From assembly GCA_000165425.1 (NCBI GenBank), contig CT868241.1, forward strand, positions 310,001 to 374,000: a stretch of 64,000 nt of DNA. Reading direction: 5' to 3'. The DNA is from Paramecium tetraurelia (taxonomy: Eukaryota). Of this stretch, positions 42,401 to 54,225 are shown one piece after another (the stretch's first letter is position 1; the number at the start of each line of letters is the position of its first letter). The notes under the pieces are model-generated. The model was not told the origin of the DNA, did not search any database, and saw only the letters and a list, made by a program, of their open reading frames with translations. The position numbers and the translations under genes are program-made.

Positions 42401-42942
42401 TCTATAATGATAGATTAAGCTATCTTTTGAAATGAACGATAGGATATCATTGAAAAAAGGATCAATCTATTGAACATATCAAAGTAATGTTCAGGAGTAA
42501 CTATGTCCTTGATTTTATAATATTGTTAGAAGATAAATTAGCTTTAATTTGAAAAATTAAGAATAATTCTAACCTTATTGAAGATATTCATATTTTAAAA
42601 TTTTCTGATGTATTTAAGGAGAAAATTTAAGATATGGAATCAAGAATTATTTTAAGGGCTAATTGATTATGAAGAGTATTTCATTTCAGAATTAAAATTT
42701 TTTAGAATTAGTGAATTATTTCTGACCCTTAAAAATTATTATCAATCATCAATTAATTAATGACAATATTTTTAAGTCAAGAATTGGAAAACATTCAAAT
42801 TCTTTAAATTAATTTTAAATGAAAAAAAAAAATATTAACTATAATTGAAATGGAAAAACTGTTAAATGGGAACAATCTAAAAAAGATAATCTCAAAATTA
42901 AAATTGACTTGACAAAAATATAATAGATTATATTATAATATT

Positions 42943-43009
42943 TCATCCTTTTAATTCAGGCAAAGAACTAATTGCATTTTTCCAAACTTCATACGGTGTT
43001 TACACTTTC

Positions 43010-43040
<31 letters not shown>

Positions 43041-44253
43041 GTTATTATTATTATTATTGTTATTATTACTATTATTATTATTATTATTACTATTGTTATT
43101 ACTATTATTATTGTTATTATTATTATTGCTATTACTATTATTGCATTTAGTTTGCTTATTGCAATTAGATTGAAAATTAAGTATTGTAACCTCCTAATCT
43201 ACTGAATTCAAAATTGGATTTACAGAAACTATTTGAATATTCATAAGACAAATTAAAGAATTTATCATAAGTTGGAAATTCCTCTTTTTAAATTTACTTA
43301 ATTACTAATAAACATTACTTTTAATTATATTTTCTTTCTTTCTGCATTCCATAATTATTCATAATGGCTTGGATATGATTCTGGTATGTTGTGCTTTTTT
43401 CTTTTTTTTAATAATTAATCAGCTTTATTTAATTCGCTAAATATTAGCAGGATTTTATTACTTATTTAAAAAATCTGAACTTCTTGATGTGACAAAGAAT
43501 TTATGAATGAGTTGACATTTATCTTTTCCAAACCATTAAATTCCTTTGATAAATTGTTACACTTCCTTTTGATTCAGATATTCATATTAACTTAGTTTCC
43601 ATGTTTTGATTTTATTCATTTGAGCATTACTACATATTGAGTTTTTGTATTTGTTTTTTATTTGTTTCAGTGTTTTTTCCCACAAAAATTCCTTTTAAAT
43701 TGCCTCCAATTTTTTACTTCCATGTTTTTATAAACCCTGAAATAGCAAGTCTTCATCAACTGGTGTAAATTTACATCTAACCTTGCTGATTTGATACTGC
43801 TATGGCAAATAACTAATTTAAATAAGAGGAATATATTTCTTTAGGATAAGTATTTTATCGTCAAAGTTTTTGTTAATGTTTTCCAAGATTGTTTTAAACT
43901 ACTTTAATAGGGGCAATTAAAAAGAACTTTATAAAGGTGAGACTTCTATTGTTAGAGGATTGTCATTAAACTGAGACAAATCAATACTGTATAATTATGC
44001 GTGATCTTGCTTTTCTAGTTATTCTAACATCGATATTGTTTTCTATCTTAACGCTTCAGATTTACAAAACAAGGCATTTTAAATCAATAACTGCACTAAG
44101 ATTTCATATTATGCGAAAATTTAGATAATTTGATGACTTTGCACAAGAGTCTAGTTTAATAAAGAAATATACAAACTTTACATCCTGATTAGGTAGGATT
44201 GTCTAGTACTTTTGTTAACAATACTATAAAGTCTTTAAGTACTCTGGTTACAT
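42943..44253 (-). CDS. Tandem SANT/Myb-like protein (GON4L-like) with C-terminal polyglutamine
   Basis: KFTPVDEDLLFQGLQKHG..LEAIQKEFLWEKTLKQIKNKYKN..SNAQMNKIK..LNQKEVQQFIKGIQWFG; ends Q45-KVQTPYEVWKNAISSLPELKG*. Confidence 0.7.
43009..43143 (-). repeat. Coding trinucleotide repeat: 45 consecutive Gln codons
   Basis: In the reading frame all codons are TAA (33), TAG (6) or CAA (6). Confidence 0.92.
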
Positions 44254-44535
44254 CCAATTAATTTTTATAATTAATTATATAATTTATATAAAGAATATGC
44301 TTTGATGGAACCATTAATTTTTTTCAATAATTTTTATCAAATTTTATTTTTAACCAACAATGTTTTAAGCTTCTAAAATCATCTAGAAAATTATTTTGTT
44401 TGAAAAAATAATTTTGCGTTTTTGATAGAATATATAAGCTGAAATTTGTAGTATTGATAAGCAATTCATTACGTTATTAAAATAGATATAATCTAAATAT
44501 AATTCCATTTATTATTTTTAAGATTTAATATAAAA

Positions 44536-45607
44536 ATGGAATTCAATTGCATTATTGAAAGGGAATCGTTTTAATTAAATGTAACAGGAAAATCTATGAT
44601 AATTTCCAACAAATCCATCTAGTACAGGTTTGATCTTTCTTTGAGAGTTGTGATAACCTGGTTATTTCGTGAAAGTGAAATAAGTGGGTTTCTATTCGAA
44701 AATCTTGTGGTGGAAGGTGATGGATTAAATATGAAAAAACTTAAATAATTTCTGGGTGGTAAAATAACATTTTCAGGGATTTAAATCTTCTACTCCTTTC
44801 TTGGAGAGATTAATGTCAATAAAAATAAGGTCACTAAAGTATTTATATAAAATCTAAAAGGTTTGTACCCTCATGAATAGATAGACAAAATTAAAATTTT
44901 CATGTAAATGCTTTAAGAAAAGTGCAACAGGAATTGAGAAAATTCACAAAGAAATCGAAATTCTTTAAAAAGCATCTAAAAATGGATTGGCCCCTAAAAT
45001 TTATGAATGTTTTGAATCAACTAACTGCGTTTATGTCATTATGGAAAATTTAGAAAGAATAAAAGATTTTGAATTTATAGATGATGATATAAGAGTATTT
45101 CTTTATGTAAATTACTTTTTACTATTTAGAACTTGATTTAAACTATCGCATCTCTTCATAAGGAAAATATTGCTCATAAGAGTATAAAGATGTCACACAT
45201 TTTGTTCACTGAAGAAAATAAGTTAAAATTGGTTGGATTTGGTCAGGCTAACAACACTAATATTAAAAATAATGAGTTTAGACTGGATATTTTTAAAATA
45301 GGAATTATTATGTATAAATTGTAAAGATTTTTCATTTATCAATAGCTACTAAAAATAGAATTTTCAGGTTGATCAGTCTCTTGTTATTCCAGATGAGGGA
45401 AATTCACTTTTATAATCACTCTTAGAGTGGGGAAATGACGAACCTTTTTAATTGAACTTGTTATTGAGCCACCCTTACTTTAAATTTTTGAAAAATGAAG
45501 GGATTCCTCTATGTATTAGTATTTATTTTATTTTAGAAATTCAATGTATGAGTCCTAAATTCAAAACTCAAGTGTATTAAGATGAAAATGAAGAATTAAT
45601 TTTGTGA
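44536..45607 (+). CDS. Protein kinase-like protein, probably a pseudokinase
   Basis: EIEIL..APKIYECFES..VYVIME, IAHKSIKMSHILF (HRD replaced by HKS), LKLVGFG (DFG replaced by GFG), DIFKIGIIMY; several tiny introns. Confidence 0.7.
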
Positions 45608-45933
45608 TCACTATATATTATATTGTCTATGTATAAGAGCTATACATTTTAATAAACTTTTTGAAATTTTTTTTTCTTTTGAAAATATCAATTTATGTAT
45701 AATATTTGATGATGTGTTGAATTTTTTTAAGATATTAAATGCATATTCTACTTTTCTAAATATAAAAATAATTGTAGATGTTTGTTTAATTGTAAATTGA
45801 AATTAAAAAAAGTTAATTAAATTTACAAATTAAAATATATATAATTTAAAAATGTTTTATTATATACTTTAAAATTGGGAGATGGGTCATTACAATAAAA
45901 TAAAGTAAAAATTATTTTATAACTTAAAATACA

Positions 45934-46762
45934 TCATAATGATTGATAAAACTCAATTAATTATTTTAGATTGGCAAATAATCTAATTGAAAATGTTCGC
46001 TTTGTTTTTTGCTTTACTCTTTCTAAAACAGGTCCATAATCCATAATTGTTGTCTCTGGTCTTCTTTACTTGAGAGCCATCCATTCATTAAAGAGATCTG
46101 AGAGTAATAATTAATGCAATTTCTTCCAAAAATTATCTTCCCTAACAAGAGATCTGCAGAAGTTTTTAAGTGCTATTCTATCTGCTATTTCCTATGAAAT
46201 TAATATCAAATATTACCTTTCTATCTCTTTCATCAAGTTATTCCTATAAATGAAAATATCTCTTAATGAAGAAAGTGATATTGATTGAAGATGCTGCAAA
46301 ATAGAAATCGTTTTATGGTTTACACATTTCTTTAACTAATGTGTCTTTGTAATCACTCACAAAATTTATAATATCATCTAGAGATTAAACGCCTCCTCCT
46401 CTAAAATCTGTAGTTGGGTCTGCCTACTAAAAACCAAACTCTGTCCATTTTTTATTTCTAATTTCTTCCAAATCATTTTCTGTTAATAAATACCACAATC
46501 CTTTAATTCTTTTCACACAATTTTCATCTTAATGAGAATATAAAGCATATAATTCAAGTCTTAGATTCCACCATTCTTTGATTTCTTAATTTGTTAAATT
46601 ATAAGTTTCATCAAAACAAGATGATAAGTACTTTTCTTTAAACTCCTTGTTTTTAGCATGAGTTAGAGGTTCATGAGCCATTTAAAGTTCGGTCCATGGA
46701 TGATTCTTCGCATGATGAATGAGAACTATTGTTTGATCCTTTTGTTTTATTTCTTAATTCAT
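45934..46762 (-). CDS. ELMO/CED-12 domain protein (ELMOD family)
   Basis: LWYLL...WTEFGFQQADPTTDFRGGGVQSLDDIINF...FYFAASSINIT. Confidence 0.88.
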
Positions 46763-47096
46763 AATTTAAATATTTTCTTATCCTGCATTCTTAAATTAAT
46801 TTGAAATAATAAGTATAAACTCATGACTACAAAATCCTTATAGGATTAATGAAAAAGGAAATATTTACAAGATTTATATATTAATTCTTTAAACTATTTT
46901 CAAAAGTTATATTAAGAAATCAAAATAAATAAATATGGAATGATTTATTATGAACTACATAACACTTATGAAAAATAAAATAAAAAATCTATTCAAATTA
47001 ATAAATATATTTATGACTTTAAGATATTTAGATATACAAAAAAGAGAATAGAATGTATGAATAATATATTTTAGATTGTATAATTTTATATTTGAA

Positions 47097-48676
47097 TCAT
47101 TTTAATTGATTCAACACTTAATCGAATGATGGCAACCTATTAGCTAATCCTCCTTCAGCTACTAAAGTAGGTCTATTCTTCAATAAATCGACCACTGCTT
47201 TGTTTATTTAATCTGATGTAACTGCATCAATATAGGAGGCATATTCATTGATTTTAATAGCATTAAATACTTTCAACTAAAGAAATAGATTTATAATAAT
47301 ACGCTTTTAGCTGCTTCTTCTAATCTGTCTGAAGTTCTTTCAAGAGCTAAATACAATTGAGTCTTTAAGATGTTCTTAGCTCTTGTTAATTCAGTGTTTG
47401 AAATTGGTCCTGTAAGAGTCTTCAATTCATTGACAACACTGCTGAGTAATTCAGATCCTTTGTCTGCTGATCCGATGATTTTGACTCCAAATAATCCAGC
47501 ATCAGAAAAAGTAAAGTTCAAGCTTTCAACAACATCAGCATAGGAGTTCTTGTTTAAGACTATTTAAAATTATAAAATGAATAAATACTGTTTCTTTATA
47601 ATCTTGATTAAGCACTTCCTTGTAATCCCAAGAGAGCATTGAGTACTTAGAATACTGCAGCTTATGAATTGGTCCAATTGGCAGATGGGAATAATAAAGC
47701 AACTGCAATTTCATTGTCATCAGTCAAGTTTCTGACTTCACCTCCAACATATTATGTTTATGCTCTAACTTTAGCAGTTTAACCAGCTGGGATGAATCCA
47801 AGGGAATCTTAGACCAAACTCACAAATTCAGTATGATTGTAGATTCCAGCACCAGCAACAATAATTTTAGATGGGTTGATGTTTTCCAATTGGAATTTTT
47901 GAATTGTATAAGCACTCAAATTGCCAATGTTAGTCTTGAATCCTCTCAATGGCATTCCCAAACCAGTCAAACCAAAGGCAGTCTTGAAAATTGTTTCATT
48001 GAATCCTTCTCCACCTATAATTTAAATCTTAAATTAATTTACTTTTAATGATATTTTCCAAATTATGTGTTCCATGATTCTTTTCAATAGCAGCATTTGC
48101 AGCAACTACTGATCTTGGCTCCAAAGCGCAATCAGCAACGACTTTGAATACATCGACTACATCATGAGCCAAGCAATGAGCTTTGAAGTATGCACTCTCT
48201 TAATCATAATCCATTTCAAATTCACCTCCTGACTATTGGATAACACCACTAAATAATATTAAATGCTTAAGTACTAGTTGATGGTCTCATTAGTATTTAA
48301 AACTGTCTTGTAATAAGTATTCTTGATAGACAATAATGATCCTGATGTTTCGGTTGTCTCATCTCTGGTACCAACATCCAAAAGAATACCGACATCTACT
48401 CTTGAAGGAGATGAAGCACTCTCAGTCAACACAGTGATTCCATTTGAGAGTTTTGTAACCTCGTATCTTCTTTCCTATTCTCTAATCTCACTGCCTTGTT
48501 ATCCTACTGCAGATTTGGGACAAGAAGCAGCAAGTTTGTAAAGATCAGAAGACTTATCGTCTCTGTAAATTAGATCATGTAATTAGGCTCTCAAAGTGGA
48601 GAATTTGAATTGGGACTATGTAAATCTCACTAATTCATACCTTTGATGCAATTCTTCCTGAAACTCTAAAAAGCAT
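47097..48676 (-). CDS. Mitochondrial processing peptidase alpha / complex III core subunit (M16 family, non-catalytic)
   Basis: TKLSNGITVLTE, VGILLDVGTRDE, no HxxEH, YVGGEVR, FSDAGLFGV, ELTRAKNILK; presequence MLFRVSGRIASK; several tiny introns. Confidence 0.88.
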
Positions 48677-48764
48677 GATATTTTATTTTAAAATAAATTT
48701 TGTATATGTTTGATATCAATAACATTATCAAATTATAGATTTAAAAAATATAATATAGATCTAA

Positions 48765-50751
48765 ATGTAATAAGAAAACGAGCCTACGAGCTTAAGCATA
48801 TCAAGAAGAGCTGCCTACAATTACATTAAACCTATTTTACATGAAGACTCCTTAGTTTAAACTCCAACTACATCTTTTCGTTCACATATTAAATAAAATC
48901 ATTAGAAACACAGCATTTTTTAATCATAACCCATAACAAACGATATTATTTTCAATTAGTTTCCGCTTTAGGATTCATTTGAGGATGTTCGAAAATGTTA
49001 ATCATGCAAATTTATCGCAGTAAACGAGATTGCTGTTATATTAAATTCGACTTTGCATTCAATTATATCCATTTAAGTGCTTCTACTTTAATTTTTCCAT
49101 CAGACAGAGCAATTAGTATTATTAAGAATAATAGGCATCATATTTTCATTTATTCATTTAATCCTCTGTTTACTTTTGAAATAAAGCTCATTGGACACCT
49201 CATAATTGGCTACTTTAATCTTTTATGTTGTTAGTTTTATTTTTGAGAATTAAATTTTAATCATATATCTTTTCATCAGTATTTTTCATATTCAAACTAT
49301 ATTAAACGTGATAAAAGTGTCTATTATAATTGTAACCAAATAATGTAAGAATATATTGATATTTAGATGGCTTTACATAATTTTTACTTCTAGAGATTGT
49401 TATACTAATTTACACACTACACTTATATGCTAATTTCTATATTATTTTTATGTAGGAGTCAGTCGATAACTACGAATTCTGGTTCATCTATCTCAAAGCA
49501 ATTAATCAATCACTTCAAATACTTCTCTTTAACATCCAAATGTATGAAGAATCAACTACAAATCAGCTTGCCAATACTTTCTTCATCATTTTTAATATCA
49601 ACTATTACTTTTTATTATTGAAAAGATATGAAAATCATAAGAAATCTTATTTCTTACATGATTAGTTTTAAATATTTATAATTAATAGATGCGTTCAATT
49701 CAATATATCACTTCTAGAGATGTTTAATCTTCTTTGGATCTTACTGAAAATTTAATATAAGGACCAATTTTTGTAGAAACTAGAGAATTATAAAATATAA
49801 GTCTATGTAGATTAATTAAAGAAATGCAAAATCATTGAGATAATATTTTCAGAGGACTTTATTAGAAATTTAGCTTACAAAGCTAAAATTATTAATGCCT
49901 ATAAAAATGAAATTGTTACCCATCCAGGTTTATACATCGTCATTTAAGGTGGAATGAAAGTATAAATATAAGCTGAATATGAAACTAAATAAATATTAAA
50001 AGTAATTTCAATATATATAATTTAGAATGGGGATTATTTTGGTCTTATTGAAATGATCTTAAATAAAAGTTAAAATTTATTTCTAAAATCTATAAAAGAA
50101 GAAAGTCTTCTAATTTATATTTCAGGTGATGATTTTCATCATAAAATAAAAGAGTTTACGGAGGATTATGAAAAAATGAGATTTATACATGATCAATTGC
50201 TGTTCAGTTCAAGTACAACGAAAATCAAATAGAAATGCTATTTTTGTTAATAATATCATGTTCCTTCATAATGTAAAATAATAAATTTCAAACCTGAATT
50301 TGATTTTGAGAAATTGAAATTGGATGAATAAAATGATAGAAGATATTTTTAAAGAGCCAATAAGAAGCACATTTTTTAAATAAGAAATAATTCAGAATCA
50401 TCTAAAAGTTCAAATGAATTTGAAGAGTCCTTTGAGATCGATCCAGTCAGTTCAGAAATGCAAAATGAAAGATAAATCGGTAAGAATATTTTAGGATCCA
50501 TTTCTTAAATGATTGTGTGCAATTCAAAAATATCCCAAGAAGGATTCCCATAATTACTTTAAACTTAGAGTTTTAAGGTATAAGAAAGTTAAACGTAACA
50601 AAATCAGGTAAATACAACTTAAGGATGGAGAGTTTTAGACTTAGACAATAGAAATATTTGCATAGACAATTTAAGGAATTTTTAGTTTTACGATCCTGTG
50701 TATAACATAGAAACTATAATCCGAAAAGTAAATAAATTTTTAGAACATTGA
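48765..50751 (+). CDS. Divergent cyclic-nucleotide-binding-domain cation (K+) channel-like protein
   Basis: Hydrophobic N-terminal half; cNBD-like FSEDFIRNLAYK..LYIVIQGGMKV..GDYFGLIE; ends FYDPVYNIETIIRKVNKFLEH*. Confidence 0.65.
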
Positions 50752-50762
50752 ACTTTTATTAT

Positions 50763-51416
50763 TCATGATTATTCAACATGATCAGCAACTACATCTACTG
50801 GGGCTTCACAAACACCTCCAAAGTATAAGTTGAGTCTGTATCCATTCTTCCATGCATAACAAGTTCTGTGTTTAATTGATTGTCTTTCGAGTAAATCTCC
50901 ATTGTCATTCAATAATTCATAAATTGTAGAATCAGCCAAAAAGATCAATCGATATTAATACCAAACTTCAGTTCTAATCTTTGTAGTGAAAATTCTTATC
51001 AGTTGATCAGGATGTTCATAGGGAACTACACTATTGTCATAAGCGTAGGCTGCAATTTCTACTAAATCTTATTCTTGGCAATTTGGAACTACGTATAATC
51101 CTTGTTCATTATATTTCAAACATGATTGGGCTCTTCTGAAGACAAATCTATCGCTATCTTTATGATGGAGTGATCCAAAACATCTAGAATAGCCCCATAA
51201 TTTATTCCAAGAACTCATGCATCTCTATTAGTTTTCATCATGAGGAACAACATAAGTTGCTCCAGTGACACCTAACTTGATTCTTATTTGAGAGATTTCT
51301 GAGTTCTTTTAATAAACAGGTAATGTGGGAGTTTCATATTGATCACCTTTTTTGATTGTCAATGTGTACTCTGCTTAATGAGTAGATGCAATCAAAATAT
51401 ATAACAATAATATCAT
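50763..51416 (-). CDS. Secreted beta-rich protein of unknown function (217 aa, intronless)
   Basis: Signal peptide MILLLYILIASTHQA; motifs WNKLWGYSRC..HHKDSDRFVFR, EIAAYAY, LYFGGVCEAP; clean 654-nt frame. Confidence 0.8.
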
Positions 51417-51424
51417 TAAAATTT

Positions 51425-52428
51425 ATGAGTGATTAATTGATCATTAAAAGGAGGAGAGGTAATACCGTAGAGACCACGAATTAAATTATCACTCTAAATT
51501 TGTCAGAAGCTAATTCCACATTGTTATCACTTAAGAAAGAGATATAAAAGATAAGTATTATTTTTGGAATAATCCATTAGCTAGAATCAAGCCATTAAGA
51601 TAGTGGTTAACAAGCGAAGATTTAAAAACTGTGTATGATGATAATAGCAAACCTTTGAATTAATGTGGATTTAAGAGTGGATAAGTCTTGGTTGTAAAGG
51701 ACTTAGGACCTTAGATGCTTTGGATTACAGTATTTTATGCAGAATATGTGGGTCCAATCTTGATGTTTGTTTTGTTGTACTACTTAGGGTAGAAGGAAAA
51801 GTACACTTTTATGCAAAAGTAAGAATTTAATTAAAGAGTTAAGATCTGCGTTGTGGATGGTGGCAGCACATTACATCAAAAGAATATTGGAAACAAAATT
51901 TGTTCATGTTTTTAGTAGAGATTCGATGCCAACATAGAGAGCTTTGATTAATTGTTTCCATTATTGGATTCTATGTGGAGCAAGTATTGGGTCTGAACTA
52001 TATTTATTGCGAACTTTCACAGAAGATCCAGCTTGGAAGAAGATTTTTATTGCTTTGTTTGCAGGATTCGAATTTTTGAATCTTATGTGTCATGTGAGAT
52101 TGGCTAGCTTCAGAAAATAACCAGCCATTAAAAAGAATGACTCTGATTACGTAGCTGTGAACAAATAAAGATAAATTCCATATGGATGGGGATTTGGTAG
52201 AATTTCAAGTGCAAATTACTTTTGGGAAACGATGGCATGGGTAAGTTTCACTATATTTACTGGTTCGTATGCAGGTATAATTATTAATTTAATTTAGCTA
52301 TTGGATTCACTGCGTTTTCATTTTCTTAAATGTTGATTTGGGCAAAACAAAAACATTAAAGATATCTTAAGGAATTCGGGGACAAGTATCCAAAGAACAG
52401 AAAAGCAATAGTTCCATTTGTAGTGTGA
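51425..52428 (+). CDS. TECR: Very-long-chain trans-2-enoyl-CoA reductase (Tsc13/TECR)
   Basis: VKDLGPQMLWITVFYAEYVGP, HYIKRILETKFVHVFS, NCFHYW, SSANYFWE, YLKEFGDKYPKNRKAIVPFVV*. Confidence 0.93.
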
Positions 52429-52550
52429 AGAATTTAATATTGTGTCATCGATTAAATATAAATAAATGCATTTTTATGACGTTTTATAATTTATAATACG
52501 TATATATGTGATGATGAATATGATATTTTTCATCATTAATAAATTCCTGT

Positions 52551-54181
52551 ATGTATATTTAACAGATTGCTAGACAGACCATCAATCGATGTTGTTTCTC
52601 AACAGCAGCAGTAAATGAAGGCACATTCTTAGATTAAGTGATGGCTTACTTCAACAAGGCTGCTGGACATACAAAAATAAGTCAAGATAAATTGGAGTAA
52701 GCATTATATTTCGACATTCTAGCTTTTACAAGAGCACTGATATCGTGATTAAATTCAATTTACCATTGGTGAGAGATGACGGAACATATGTTTGCGTAAT
52801 TTATTGTGATAATATATTTAGGTGCCTGCATACAGAGCTCAACATAAGACCTATAGATTGCCTACAAAAGGAGGAACAAGATTGAGTCCACACATCAATA
52901 TCGAGGAGGTAGAGGCATTGTCATTTTTGATGACATTAAAAAACTCTATTTTGGATTTACCTTATGGTGGTGCTAAGGGTGGCATTGGAATCAACCCTCG
53001 TAAATTTTCAAAAAGAGAAATTGAGACTTTGATGAGGAGATACACTTTGGAATTGGCAAAGAAGAATTTCATTGGTGCAGCTATTGATGTGCCAGGACCA
53101 GATCTCGGAGTAATTTTATTTAGTAATTTCAGACAGGAGAATAAGAAATGAGTTGGATGAAGGATGCATATACCAAATTCAAAGGACACCAAGACATCAA
53201 TTCTGTGGGATGTGTGACTGGTAAAGCAATCAATTAAGGAGGAATATCTGGCAGATAAGAATCAACAGGAATGGGAGTAAGTTATTGTAATAGAAATTAG
53301 ATATTCTTTGCCACTAGGGAGATCTTGAACGATGTGAAGTATTGTCAATCTGTGGGAATTGAATCAAGTTTGAGGGGAAAATCAATAATAATTTAAGGAT
53401 ATGGAAATGTATAATACTCAAATTAATAGTATAAAGGTTGGTTCATTCTGTGCTAAATACATGTATGATTACGGAGCCAAAATAATTGGAGTGGCTGAAC
53501 ACGATGGATCAATCTATAATCCAAATGGAATCAACCCATATGAGTTGGCTGCTCATAAGACTAAGACTGGAGGAGTCAAGGGATTTGTTAATGCTTAGAA
53601 GTATTGGGAAGACGAGTCAGCCATCTATCAATAATGCGACATATTCATCCCAGCTGCTTTCGAGAAAACAGTGAATGTTAACAATGCTGATAAATTCAAT
53701 TGTAAAATCATAGCTGAAGGTGCCAATGGACCAACTACTATGGCTGCAGAAGACAAATTATTAGCAAAGGGTGTGATATTTTTACCAGACATTTTGCTTA
53801 ATGCTGGTGGTGTTACAGTTAGTTATCTTGAATGGTTAAAGAACTTAAAGCACATCAATCCAGGAAGAATGACAAGAAGATGGGAGGAGTAAGCAAAACA
53901 TAGAATTCTTGAAGTCATTAAAATGAGTACAGGTCTCAATATCAATATTAAGGACAGTAAGATTGCTAAAAAGATGTTGGAAGGTCCATCTGAAGTATTT
54001 CTATTATTTAAATCTTTAGACTGATCTAGTGCATACAGCTTTGGAGTAATCCATGATAGAGGCAGTCAAAAATATTATGGCTACATCTCAAGAATACAAA
54101 GTCAATTTAAGATTGGCAGCTTATATTAGTGCAATTAATAAGTTAAATGAACATTTTGAAATTTCAGGAGTTGAAGCATGA
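52551..54181 (+). CDS. GDH: Mitochondrial glutamate dehydrogenase
   Basis: AYRAQH, PTKGGTR, LPYGGAKGG, VTGK, IQGYGNVG, EGANGPTT, NAGGVTVSYLEWLKNL; presequence; about six tiny introns. Confidence 0.96.
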
Positions 54182-54225
54182 TTGTTATATACATAAAAAT
54201 ATTCATTAAAATAAGTCAGAATAAA

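Noticed and set aside
36480..42900. Several probable short or divergent genes in a very AT-rich stretch
   Set aside because: Coding-like fragments exist on both strands, but I could not fix exon boundaries or identify motifs, so none is called.
42972..43205. ORF-track poly-isoleucine 'membrane protein' on the + strand
   Set aside because: It is the antisense reading of the polyQ tract; the substitutions are synonymous only in the minus-strand Gln frame.
50751..50781. Coding overlap between the channel-like gene and the secreted-protein gene
   Set aside because: The plus-strand frame stops earlier, at 50749-50751, so the coding regions do not overlap.
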